Positions 52,712-64,000 of a stretch of DNA of 64,000 bases are shown one piece after another. The stretch spans positions 1-64,000 of the forward strand of contig JBDOQK010000003.1 in the NCBI GenBank assembly GCA_040437565.1, read 5' to 3'. The DNA comes from Albugo candida (taxonomy: Eukaryota). Position numbers and translations under genes: made by a program. The notes beneath the pieces are model-generated. The model was not told where the DNA came from. It was given only the letters and a program-made list of their open reading frames with translations, and searched no databases. The stretch's first letter is position 1. The number at the start of each line of letters is the position of its first letter.

Positions 52712-54315
52712 TATATGTATCATCCTCCGGTAAATGGTGATAAATGGTACCGGGATTACACTCAAACTCGATTTCATTCTCTAATTGTATAATTGCACTG
52801 TCTTTGAGCTCAACAACACCTTTGGCTTCCTCCATTGCGGCTTCCAAACTTTATTCCGCTTACCCACTCAGCTTGTTTCCTCTACTTTGAACACCGTTTA
52901 GAGTCGACAGCTACTTGGATGTTTCATTGCGTAAATTGGACGGTGGTAGAGAAAAGCTAAGGAGGAATGAGGCGCCTATTTATAGCGCGCGGTGTCACAG
53001 ATGTCGGGTTCTAGAACTTTTGCTAAGACGCAGAAAAGGGACTGTTATAACGTGCTCCCCCAAATACTAGAATGGCATTATGAGGGAAGGATTCTAGTGT
53101 TGCTTACTTAAGCTAGACACGCTCAACGCACGACCAAGAAACCACTGAACGATCGCGGAATGTATATTACCAACTCTGTCGATACTATTTTCTGTGCTTC
53201 GGTAATCACGTTCCTTTACAGCCGATCCCGTCTTCTTCCCCTCTAATAATTCTAGTCCGAGAATAATCATGAAAGATCGGTAAAAGATTCTAAGTATCCG
53301 CACGAGCAGTTGATATAGGACGGCAGGAGCAAACGGAATCATATGAACAGACGAGTCATACTTGAATTGTCAAACGTAACCTTCATCACTTCCCTTCAAT
53401 GCCACATGCCGCTCCGCCGACACAATGCTATTATTTTACGTCAGATCTTTCGAACGCTTTTTCTACCTTATTTGTTCTAGACTTCTCTGTTGGTTTCCGT
53501 TATCTCTTCCGTATACAAATCTTGAATCATTCTGGTAAATAAGCCTGTGTGAGCGACCATACCATTTCTTTAATTTGCATGCTTGATTCCGATTGCAATT
53601 TTTCTTAATCTCTCGTATGGATCTAGCTGTACCGACATACTACCCATCCTCTACATCTGTAAAGAGTTGGCCAATTAATTGTGAGCATTATCAATGTATC
53701 GTCCTTCGGAATATCAATATAAGCTTTGCCTTGGCGTGATCGATATCTCTTGAGTAAGTTTTCAATCGTAAGCCTAGAGAAATTTCGATCTGTCTGTTTC
53801 TAAATAGTCGCACACTGACCTTCGAGACGAATATCATGAGGTTTCTTTATTGTTGCATGAATCAGCAACGATTGTGGAAGAATGTATGAGTTGTACTATG
53901 ACGTACTACTTCAATTTCTTATGATAACTTTGAAGGAAGATGTATGTTGTTCTTCATATCAAATGATATTTGATAATCAATCAGCCCCGCTGATTTTCAA
54001 TTCTCGTTCCATACAATTGATATGTCTGAGTAGTAAAGAAGCCTTCGTCACGAGGGCGTCACTTTAGTGACTCAATCTTATTATCCAAAATCAATGAGTC
54101 AAACATATGTCGTGCAAATTTAGCATGAGGTAGTCCGCAGCAATGCTTACATGTCTTAGAATGTTTTGACCGATTTTAATTTATCTTCTTGATACTCGAA
54201 TTTTGAAACCACTCACGTCTGGATCATGCAGCAAGTCATCGAGCAGTTTTAACCCGACAGACCGCTCTCCATTCCCGGCGTCCCCCTCCTAGTTGTCTTC
54301 TCCAATATAAAGCAT

Positions 54316-55060
54316 ACCTACGAGGACGTGATAGTAGTCAGCAAGCGGATCAACGACGACGGCTTATTCTCCACCTGGTCGATCGTCTACCATCCTGTCT
54401 CCAAGGGCAACGAGACGATGAAGCCGGGCTCGAAGATCATGACGTCGCAGACCTGGTTTCGTCCGCACTGTGACGCGACGGTGCGACGAGATGGTGTGTC
54501 GAAAAAGCTGTCCCACTACGTGGCTGCCCAGATGTAGTCAACTGCACTTTAGCTGGGTGGCAATCTTGCGACCTGGCAAGGTTAGAAGTTCACGTTGACG
54601 AAGATTGCGGACGATTCAGAAATGCCGCTGTTCACCTGCTCACGGACGGGCAATTCGCCGCTTCTTCCTTGATCCACAACAGAGGGACCGTTGAGCAGCT
54701 GTACGAGGATGATCCGGCATGGACTGCGTAGGCAACGTCGAGTTCGACCCCAGGATCGTGTAGCCCTACCGTGTGTACGACCCCTTAGACGTGAGCTCGT
54801 TGCCGACCTCGCGTTACAGATACTACGTCTTTGATCCGGGCAGTCAGCTGTACACCTCGCTGGCAGACTACGGTATCTGCCAGTTCTGGCAGCTGTCACA
54901 TGTTGCCCGCGACAAGCAGAACTACGTTAGCGAGGTGCCGAGGAGGCTTTCAATGCGGCGAGCAAGCTGAAGGTTGCAGGCGTCAGGCTTGGGGAGATGG
55001 AGACGCTGTCCATGCTGTCGGGCGGCCTCGTGACCTGGATTTTGCTCACCAGCAGCAAGG
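54316..55060 (+). pseudogene. Divergent DNA-dependent RNA polymerase second-largest (beta/RPB2-like) subunit, C-terminal fragment
   Basis: Colinear motifs TYEDVIVVS (54316), LGGNLATWQG*KFTL..EMPLF (54553-54635), FWQLSHVARDK (~54883) and GVRLGEME (54979-55002). They parallel RPB2 NQEDS / GDKFASRHGQKGT..DMPF / YQRLKHMVDDK / GGLRFGEME. Contains stops and frameshifts. Confidence 0.85.
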
Positions 55061-55901
55061 CAATCAATGTATAGCGTAGACTTCTCCAACGGCTTCCAAG
55101 AAAAAGTAAGAATTTGATCGTCGCTCTGACCCATATCCAGAATTTTGTCGATGACATCAGCTGAGAAACCCAAGCTGTTGGCCAACGGCTGCAGGAGTTG
55201 TAGTTCATAACCATAATTGTGATGTCTTTCTGGTGAAGATTTGGATTTGATAGAAAGTACTTTTCGTATGGCTTTTTTCAACCAACCTACCCAAAGAATT
55301 CTGTCAAATTACGGTGCGGATTGAGAGCGCCAGTGCATGTATTGTACGACATGCAAATAGCCGATTGATAAAGTATCAGCACAAAACGAAGCTTCGATGC
55401 GTCCTTTTACAGCTGTGATCAGACAACGTCGCGATTCACAGAAGCTTGATATGTCAGAAAACACAACTGGGGACCTTTTCCATCGATCGGTACTGTATTT
55501 TGCCACACTATTGAAGAACTGTGAACGTATTCTCCAGAAGATCCATATCCATTCTTCGTGGGAAGCCTTTTCTGCGTCTTACGAGTTCACTGGTACGGAC
55601 AGGTAAAAAATCGAGAAGCGGAGATGTCGCATATAGATCAATATTGCAAACGCGTTACTGCTCAATATTGCTCAGCTTCTATGTCGATACACTTCGAGCA
55701 CCAAGAACGCGTTTGAATGAAGAAATGCTCTCGGCGAGAAATAATGTACTTTATATACTTTAAAAGAACCTTCGTTTCATTGATAACCTACCTTACAGTA
55801 TACATCTGCTAATATCCCACACATACCACATAATCGAGTTTCGAGTAAATTAAGTGGGATAGCTTCATTCGAACTAGGTGACTAGCTTCACCGCTCACAG
55901 T

Positions 55902-56154
55902 TGATTGGAGGATTGAATTATTTAACGGAAAGAGCAGGTTATTTGCTCAACCATTAAAATTTCCAGTTTCGTCTGATCGCAAAATGAACGGGTATGAATA
56001 TCGATCCGTGTTAGAGAGAATCGAGGTTAATGGGCGACTAACTTGGCCGCATACAGGTGATTGGAGGATTGAATGTTATTATAACGGAAATAGCAGGTTA
56101 TTTGCTCAACCATTGAAATTTCCAGTTTCGTCTGATCGCAAAAGGAATGGGTAT
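55902..56154 (+). repeat. Imperfect ~95-bp direct duplication
   Basis: TGATTGGAGGATTGAAT...GCAGGTTATTTGCTCAACCATT.AAATTTCCAGTTTCGTCTGATCGCAAAA occurs at ~55902 and ~56058. Confidence 0.8.
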
Positions 56155-57221
56155 ATATCGATTTGTGTTTCATTTTATATTTCGTTTTCTAATTCAAGTG
56201 AAGGAGCTCCGACAAGGAAAAATTGGATGGGAGCTCATCTGTGTGGTATGCTGCGATTATGCATCTGGTCGTGTTATTTCGGTTTGATCGTCTGTTTGTT
56301 GAGTGTCTGTCTCCACCCGCCTATTTGTTATTTACTGCACCAGTGGTAACAGAGAAGACGCACCAAGACTGCCGGGATACATTAGACGTACATTAGACGT
56401 ATAATGTACTGCTTCCATTGTGAGCCCTTCGAAGATTCAGGTAATATATCCTGATATCTTTTATACTATCCGAGATGTGCATATATATCCCTTTCGAATG
56501 GGCAAGCATGCATTATATTTTATCGAGAGAAGAATACTCGCTCGGACCTCGTGTAAGGTCTCTTGATTTCTAGTTCACTTGAATAAAGACAAACTGTTTC
56601 GATCCTTCTCTGAAACGTTTTACGTTGTTTTCTGAATACACTAATAATATAAGCTATCCGGTGTATAGACGTTTACGAAGGAGCATAATGAATTTCTGAT
56701 CTGACAGTCATCTAATATAGTGCTTATATAACATATCACAGTGATATAGAATTGAATTCTACTTGGCTGGCATTCCCAGCGTAGTCAAACCACCTGTCTA
56801 CGTGCACATCGGCTCATCTCGCATCATGTGCACCGACAAATCGAGGGAAGGCTTAATGTTCTGAGCATCTAAGCCTCCCTGTCCGACTCAATAGCGACCC
56901 GCACAACACCAGCATACCAGCCAGGCCTACCTCAACGCCTGCATACGCTTCCATGGCGAAGGCTCCATCAAGTATTTCGGCAATCCCGAAGGGATACGCC
57001 CCGCCTTTGAGAAGTGCACGAAGTCCAAGCCGTACCGATGCAGACCTCATCCATTGCGCTCGACTTCCTAGGCATCCTCCAATGCATAAGCGTGCTCGCT
57101 CGTTTAAAAAACGCCTGCAAAAGCGGTGCAGATGGTTTGCGTAGTTGCCGGTCATGGTGGATGCGACGGGACATGCGAAGTGGCAGTCTTCCAGGTACGC
57201 TGGGTAGCGCGGACGGGAGAG

Positions 57222-58803
57222 TCAGTGGTCCAGTGAGTCGATGTCGTCGCAGGCAGTGGCGTGCAGGACAGGCGAGTACGTCTTCGAGAGGAAGTTGACG
57301 TTCACTGAGTCAGCAATTGCAGCATCTGGGTCGCCATACGTGGCGCAGAACAGAGCATGGGCCAGCTTGGCTTCTTTCGTCTCGAGAGCACTGATGCGCG
57401 ACAGATGCCAACCAAGCTTCACGGATAGTAGCATCGCGAGAACCTGTCGGCGGGGTCCCTCAGCTGTGCAACGTCGGAGCTATTAAGCGCATAGACTGCT
57501 GTACCGCGTGTCCGATCGCCCAACTCAGCGTCTAGCCTGCCACTCACGTCTCTGGTGACGAAGAACGACTGCTTCTCCGTGAGCAGCAAAAAGAGCAAGC
57601 TGGACTTCTCCGAGCCGGGACCATGCTTATCCTTGTCCATGAGCTCCTGCTGAATCGCACCCCAGACGTGAAAGGACAGCTTCATCCCAGGAAAGCCGTG
57701 CTCCCTAACCGAGTACTAAGGGCCTTGAACTCTTAGGCGAAGTCTGTCCGGCCTAGGCACCCACTGAGTCACGATACCCTGCTGAAAAGTCACCGTCTGG
57801 AGCAGGAAGTGCTTGAGCTGACGACCCACCGTGAAACCCTCAGAGATGCGTATGTGACTCTCGGTCAAGTCGTGAACGCTGTCATTGCACCTCTGTACGA
57901 ACGTCCCCATCCTTGCTGCCCTGTTGCAAAGGTGCGAGGAGAACGTGTACCATTGCGTACGCTTGCAATAGAGAAGGTCGTGAACGAGTTTTATCTTCAC
58001 GCAGCTTGCGTCTTGATCTACACTCAGAGGAGGCAGCGTCATGAAGTCAAGCACCTAGCGTCAAGGGTGGAACGGTCGAAGTCTGATGCGTCTAGCGCAT
58101 GTGCCACCTTGTCGCGACTGAACTTCGACAGCGTGTTGAGACAAAAGTTTGCCCCACCCTCCTCTTCGCAGCGCTTAACCATCATGATAGACACATGCAC
58201 CTCATCACCGTTGAAGTCCAGGTTCAGTGACGCGCAGTCATCCCGGCGCACTCCGAAAGAGGGTTCGCTCCAGAAGCGCAGACGTACACACCTGACAGAT
58301 TCGTATGAGAGAACAGGGCAGCGCGAGAGGATTGCGTAGTCATCCTTCTTCAACTTGCGCCAGCTGTAGTAAGGTGACCCGTACTCGCCTTACTCCAAGC
58401 GCATGGGAACCATCATTCTCTCTGCCCAGCGACACGGCAACCACACTTCGAAGTACGGATCGGTCCAGGCGCACATGGCGACACCCTAGCAGTGTTCAAC
58501 GACTTAAACCCATGCAGCCGTACTTCAGGAGTCCACGCTTCCCCTAGATGCAGTTGCGCAGACTGACCACGTACTGAGACATTGATGTGTCGTGATCGGC
58601 TAGTTGAAGATTCATCTTGTCGCGTTCTCTCAGTTCATACGGACTCGATGGGTCGGAGAGACAGGGTATCAGGAGAAGCGCGTCCCGTCATCACTGCCAA
58701 GGTGCCCCATACTGCGCTCGTGGAACGGACAGTCTTCGACGAGACCGACGCAGTTTGACTTACTCGCTGTCCACTTGACGTAGCGCAGGTTGTTGACGTT
58801 CAT
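57222..58803 (-). pseudogene. Divergent, compact DNA-dependent RNA polymerase largest (beta'/RPB1-like) subunit
   Basis: Colinear SLRNCI*GKRGLLKYGCMG (cf. LKGKEGRIRGNLMG), EVWLPCRWAERMMVP and KKDDYAILSRCPVLSYES (cf. DGDxVLFNRQPSLH). CASLNLDFNGDEVHV at 58224-58201 matches CxPYNADFDGDEMN. The 3' limit is approximate. Confidence 0.88.
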
Positions 58804-61800
58804 GGCGAAGCGAAACAGACGCAACCTTTGTGCAGCCGTTAACCCTTACACCTCTTCTCAGATCACGCCTTGCATCAAACACAGCAATATTAACGCCGTC
58901 GTCTATCCCCCTCATCTCGACCAGTCGATTGCTGGAACGCGGCAAAGTGTATGCGGCCGTAACACGTTAGCGCACTCAGTCTGGCATGATGCTCGTCGTA
59001 ATCGTCCTCGCTCTCCAAGCTGTAGCTGCGTCAGCGGCAACCACCTACATAGAGTACGAGGATGGCAACTGCGACCCGTTCCTCGGAGGTGGGTACTTCT
59101 GCAGCGCCTGCTCTACGAGGCAATTCCTGACTGATAACTGAAACGGTATCTGATACAAAAGGTACAGCGTCGTACACCAGGACAACGGCGAGAAGGAGAT
59201 GACCCTCACCCACCATTGCGGTGTAGCAGTAGTCCTGAGGACAGTGCGCACTATAAAGGCTGCAAGATCGTAGCGTCCGCACCGTTTCCTCATAACTCGC
59301 GACACGACTCAACAGCGATGCAGCGACTCCGTCTCCCTCTCTAGCCCAAGACTGACGCAAAACATTAACCAAACGCACGACGACGTTGTACCTCTGCCGG
59401 CGTTTACATCTAGCCCGCTCACAACTACACAAAATTCAGCCGCCAGGAGTTAACCTCTAATGCGGAGTGAGCATTCGTGCGAGATTCCTGTGGTGAGGAA
59501 AATATTTCGGGATTAGAGCATTACGTGCAGAGATCCGTTAGGCGGAAGTGGGTGCGGTAGAAGGCATAAAGCGCAGAGCTTTCGGTTAGGTGAAGCTGGG
59601 TGCGGGATGATAGCCAATGTTTTGCCGCTAGCCGAGGAGCAAAGAGAGGTGGAAGTGCGGCGAGTAGCTGCAGACCAGCCGTGGGATCGACGTAGGCAGT
59701 GCTCGGCCTTGAGCTAGACAGCTGAAATACACTGTAGAGCATAGGCAGGACACCGCGCTTCGCGCTTAATTTCTTTTTGCTACACGTCTTCCGACTAGTA
59801 CATCTCGTGTTCTCCGTTGCTGAAAAGCTGTCCTTGTCATCGCACCCACCGTAGCAGTCGACAAGACGCACGCATGAACCTTACTACGACGTATCCCGCC
59901 TACCTGAAAGACGAGAGGCGGAGGTCGAGCCCACGAATTTTTGAACACGCATGCCTCTGCCCACTACCTGCACCACGCGAGGCGGAAGCGGAGATCCTAC
60001 CTCCTTCAACCACGAGCCTCGCAACACGCAACCCGTGAGGCGGGAGCAGAAGCATTCAACTTAAATCGTGTAGTAGCTGTACTAAGCCTGGAGCATCACA
60101 CCTTTATTTCTACCCCCAAAGCAACACATTAGTAGCGCACTGGCACGGACTTTGTTCCTACAAAACACTTAAGGATTTGATAGCAATATTTTTACTCTCC
60201 AAATTACGATTAAAAACATATGTTATACGAAATATAGAAAGAAACCATATAATGAATGGATATAATTATGTGAAGATGTGGTGTTGTTTCACGAATATAT
60301 ATCCAACGCATTTTGCAGCGTCTGTAATAGTTCAGACGATTCATGTGTCACCACCCTAGCTTCCTTTATGGTCAAGATTCCTAGAACACTGGCTTATCGA
60401 GTCTGGTAGAATGCTTCCGATATTTTGTCGGAAAATGAGACTAACTTAACTCACGGTCGATAAGCATACACATAACCCTTTGAAACGTAACGATGGGTAC
60501 ACTTTTTCAGACAGAGTGCTGGCGCGTCGATTGTATCACTTGTAAATTTAGTACTCACCATTTGCATCATGTATTACCGAGTTAGCTAATCCTGTTCGCT
60601 TCCCCTAGATTCCTCTTCTCACTCAGAAAAATGGTTTCTTTCTTTATCTTCCGAATGACTCGAACATTATCACCAATTTTGTCATCACCGTTTTCGTTCT
60701 TCTTCTCGTACGTCTGACGAGTTCTTTTCTTATGACTGGTGAGAAGCAGCCTTAGTTAAGAGCTAAGTCAATGCTTGCATTTGGGACGAGTTTGATCAAA
60801 GTGAGAAACCAAGCGTAAATCTGAATATGTCTTGACTTTGTCGTTCCCAATTAAGAATCTCTACTGATTAAGCACTCTTGGAAACATGTTACCATTATGC
60901 CTCGGAATGGTTACCCTACGAGCCGTGGACCCGTTTGTAGCAGAATGGGTTCAAGAAGGTGCCATCAAGCTGGTCTAATGAGCTACCATGGATGTATAGT
61001 ATGAATAATCGCAATCACTGCCTAATTTGAAATCAAACCAAGCACCGTAGTTGACGACGTGGAAAGATCCAACTCATCTTAGATCGTGTTTCGTGGATGA
61101 CCATGTACCGCACTTACATAGTGAGATTGACAGGCTTCACATGTTGTAAGGACAGGCTCGAATTTCCGCGAATACGATCGGGGGATGGATCCTTATGTCT
61201 CACAATCTACTCCTGGGTACATATGAGCTTCTGAGTTTTCGAAGACTACGTCAACATTTGTACGTGGTTCTGTGCATGTCTGTGTCTTTTCGTTTTCGTG
61301 AGTTTTTACTGAGAGCGTGCTAAGTGGACAAAATCGGCACGTATGATTTCTTTAAGATGCTCCATAGTCGCGTTTAGTGAGCTATGAGTAAAGTTACAGC
61401 TTACAAATTGCCGCTCTAAGATAGTTAACGAATAGAAGAAGAGGTAGTTCATCCCCACAAGCGTTGCCGTGAGTACTAAAATATCAAATTGACAACCATA
61501 AATAAGTTGAGGTGTCATAGGGCCTTCATATCAAGGGTGCCAGCATCTTCGAGGTACGTAGGTGCTTTGCTACGTTAATTTCCTTCCTAACAGAATCCGC
61601 AAGGTGAGGAGCATTCAAAAGTCGATTGCTTACCTTTTAGTAGAGTGGTTTCATTGTAACTTTTACTGATAGCCTATATTTATATACCCTCAACCTTTAG
61701 CACTTGAAAGGATATCCTTGCTCCAAAAAATCTTGGGCTACTGGGTGAGATTACTAGTTGGTGTCTCATGGATCAACAATCAGCTGTATTTTTCGTTTCA

Positions 61801-62238
61801 AATGAATGTGATGCCGGATATCAACTATCTCTTCTCATCCTTCGGTTTTAATTCGGCATTTGAACTCATTTTCAATCCGAGACCGTGGAATAGGACGCGT
61901 TGTTCATCAGCCAAAAGAAGAAATTTCAATAATTTTACAATATGTTGCACCGCTATGATATGATACACAGCGCTCAAACAGCTGTCATCAATGTAATAGT
62001 ACCAATGATCAGCTTGTGAAGTACATCGCTGATGTATGCACGAGGTCATCGCGAAACCTGCCTAAAATTGTCATCTTTCTCTGTGGTTTTGATACTATAT
62101 AACTTCTTCGCTCTTGACGATTACGCATAAGTATTGGATTCGCTTTATGCAAACCTATCTTCGCTTTCAAGCGCGTCTTGGCGTTCTCAAGATCAATTGA
62201 ATTTCGCATTTTCTCGCTCCAAGAAGCCTTATGCTAAA

Positions 62239-63819
62239 TGTAACAACCTCCATTGTACATGCATGCATAGTTTTATATATAGTGCACGACACCTACAACC
62301 GACATTCCCATATTTTTGCGGCCAAATTTCCAAAAATCTATTTCATGCAGAGTATACTTCTAACTTGGTAAAAACCTGTTTTGTGAACCAATCACGTGAC
62401 AAATACCTGCTTTGTGAACCAATCGGAATCCGAAATTAATATGTAACGCGAAACTATAGGGTGGACACCTATCTAGATATATATGTAGANNNNNNNNNNN
62501 NNNNNNNNNNNNNNNNNNNNNNNNNNNNNNNNNNNNNNNNNNNNNNNNNNNNNNNNNNNNNNNNNNNNNNNNNNNNNNNNNNNNNNNNNGTGATGCACTT
62601 GTTGCAAAGAGAATGAACCTTGGCCCTGGTGGAAAACAACCAAAAATGAGGAATGATTTAAATAAATCATCCCCGGAGTTACTGTAAACAATTAATTAAT
62701 ATGTGCTTTCTCAAGGCCAACGACTTATGGAGACAATGTGCCTTAGCATGGTTTATTCAGACGATTATGAGAATGAGGAACTACGTGGTAAACCAAAGGG
62801 AATCAAGGCTGTTTTAAGCGAACGTGGTCTTTGGCAACCTGGCTTATGTTTGGTTTGCTGAAGTGATGTCAGATGCTCCGATATTCTTTCTTGCTGCGCT
62901 CGCACTATCATGTCCCGACAGCCAGGTTTTGTGGCCCAGCGTGGATTACTTGAGGAGGTGATTACAGCAGCTGGGCATAAAGTTATATCTTACCCCAAAT
63001 TTCATTGCGAGTTGAACTACGTTGAGAACTTTTGGGGCGCCGCAAAGCAGTACACACGGAAGCACTGCAATTACTCCTGGGCTGGCTTGCAAGAAACTGT
63101 CCCCTCTGCCATGTCCTCAATCAGCTTTACAACAATTCGCCGATTTGCATGCAAGACACAGCGGTACATGGATGTCTACCGTAAGATTCTCAGTGGAAAA
63201 GCTGCCGAATATGCAGTGAAGAAGTACCGTTCACACCGTCGCATTCCAGCCTCTGTTCTTATGAACGTTAATGCACTTCTAAACTAGATTAGAGATATAC
63301 ACATAACCAACAAAGAAAATATGTAAGTCTATATCAGATTTCTAACACACTATCTATTTTCAAATGGTCCTTTCTAATTAGCTAAAACAATTATCTATTT
63401 TTAGGTGGTCCTTTCTAATTGGTTAAAAAAGTATCTATTTTTAGATGTCCGGCCAAATTTCCAAAGCTCCATACATAACCACGAAAATTTGCCGAACTTC
63501 AAAGGCTTCTAACTTCATCAAAAATAAATTTTGCAAAAATCCGACTCTATTGCCAGATAGCCACGGCAATGTACTTTTAAGGTATAGAGAGATATTTTTG
63601 TTCAAGTGTGTAATTGAGTGTCCCAAAAACATTTTGCGCACCGGGTGGAGGTGCTGGTTATAGGTGTCGTGCACTGTAGTTGGAGAACTGGACTAGCCAA
63701 TCAGATAGCTGAACCAGGATTCTTTAATTAAAAATCTTACTTTCCATTTTTTAGCAAATAGAGCTCCACCAGCAAATATCTTCCTTTGCTTCCACCCCCT
63801 TCCTCCTGCCGGCGTTACA
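62239..63819 (+). repeat. Gypsy 5' LTR (same family as 12538-12711) split by a DDE insertion; leader continues to the window end
   Basis: TGTAACAACCTCCATTGTACATGC... (62239) and ...CCGGCGTTACA (63819) rejoin into a homologue of the 12538-12711 LTR. PBS-like TGGGGCAC follows. Confidence 0.85.
62280..63676 (+). mobile_element. Long-spacer DDE family transposon (internal gap)
   Basis: TIRs TAGTGCACGACACCTACAACC / GGTTATAGGTGTCGTGCACTG+TA. ORF 62910-63287 YPKFHCELNYVENFWGAAK..KKYRSHRR. Confidence 0.88.
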
Positions 63820-64000
63820 ACTGGGGCACTTGTTGGTCGTATAACTCAAAGGTCGTTGGGTGGTCGTACGGAAGGAGTTGATCTTACGCACCGTTTAGCG
63901 TCACGACATTGGGAAAACCGCTTGCCATGAGTTTGTTGTTTGTTCCGGTCTGTTTGGTTGGACTTTTTTTTTGTCTTTTTGGTTATGATGACGTCATTGA

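Noticed and set aside
57809-58339. 176-aa plus-strand ORF
   Set aside because: Antisense shadow of the beta'-like pseudogene in GC-rich DNA.

Overview
Repeat-dense eukaryotic scaffold with ~100-N gaps. An oomycete origin (Albugo-like) is inferred from short GT-AG introns, a TTTAGGG run and copia GGTTATG(G/A)GCCC primer sites; this is not proven. Most of the window is nested, decayed transposons: Ty3/gypsy, Ty1/copia, MULE, Tc1, a long-spacer IS630/Tc1-like DDE family with CAGTGCA.. TIRs, and a tRNA-derived SINE. Host-like genes are few: a spliced glucosidase II beta subunit (32505-34031), tRNA-Leu(AAG) (38717-38796) and a small spliced secreted protein (45798-46184). The top finding is a GC-richer island (54306-55080 and ~56800-60040). 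It carries pseudogenised remnants of BOTH large subunits of a very compact, divergent multisubunit DNA-dependent RNA polymerase. The beta-like piece reads YED..S / G*K / QLSHVARDK / GVRLGEME and the beta'-like piece reads GKRG / R-P-L / NLDFNGDE. This is best read as an endogenised virus or selfish element. Also notable: one repeat family sits symmetrically ~40 bp on each side of the tRNA gene, and two DDE transposons are joined head-to-head through a perfect 40-bp palindrome.
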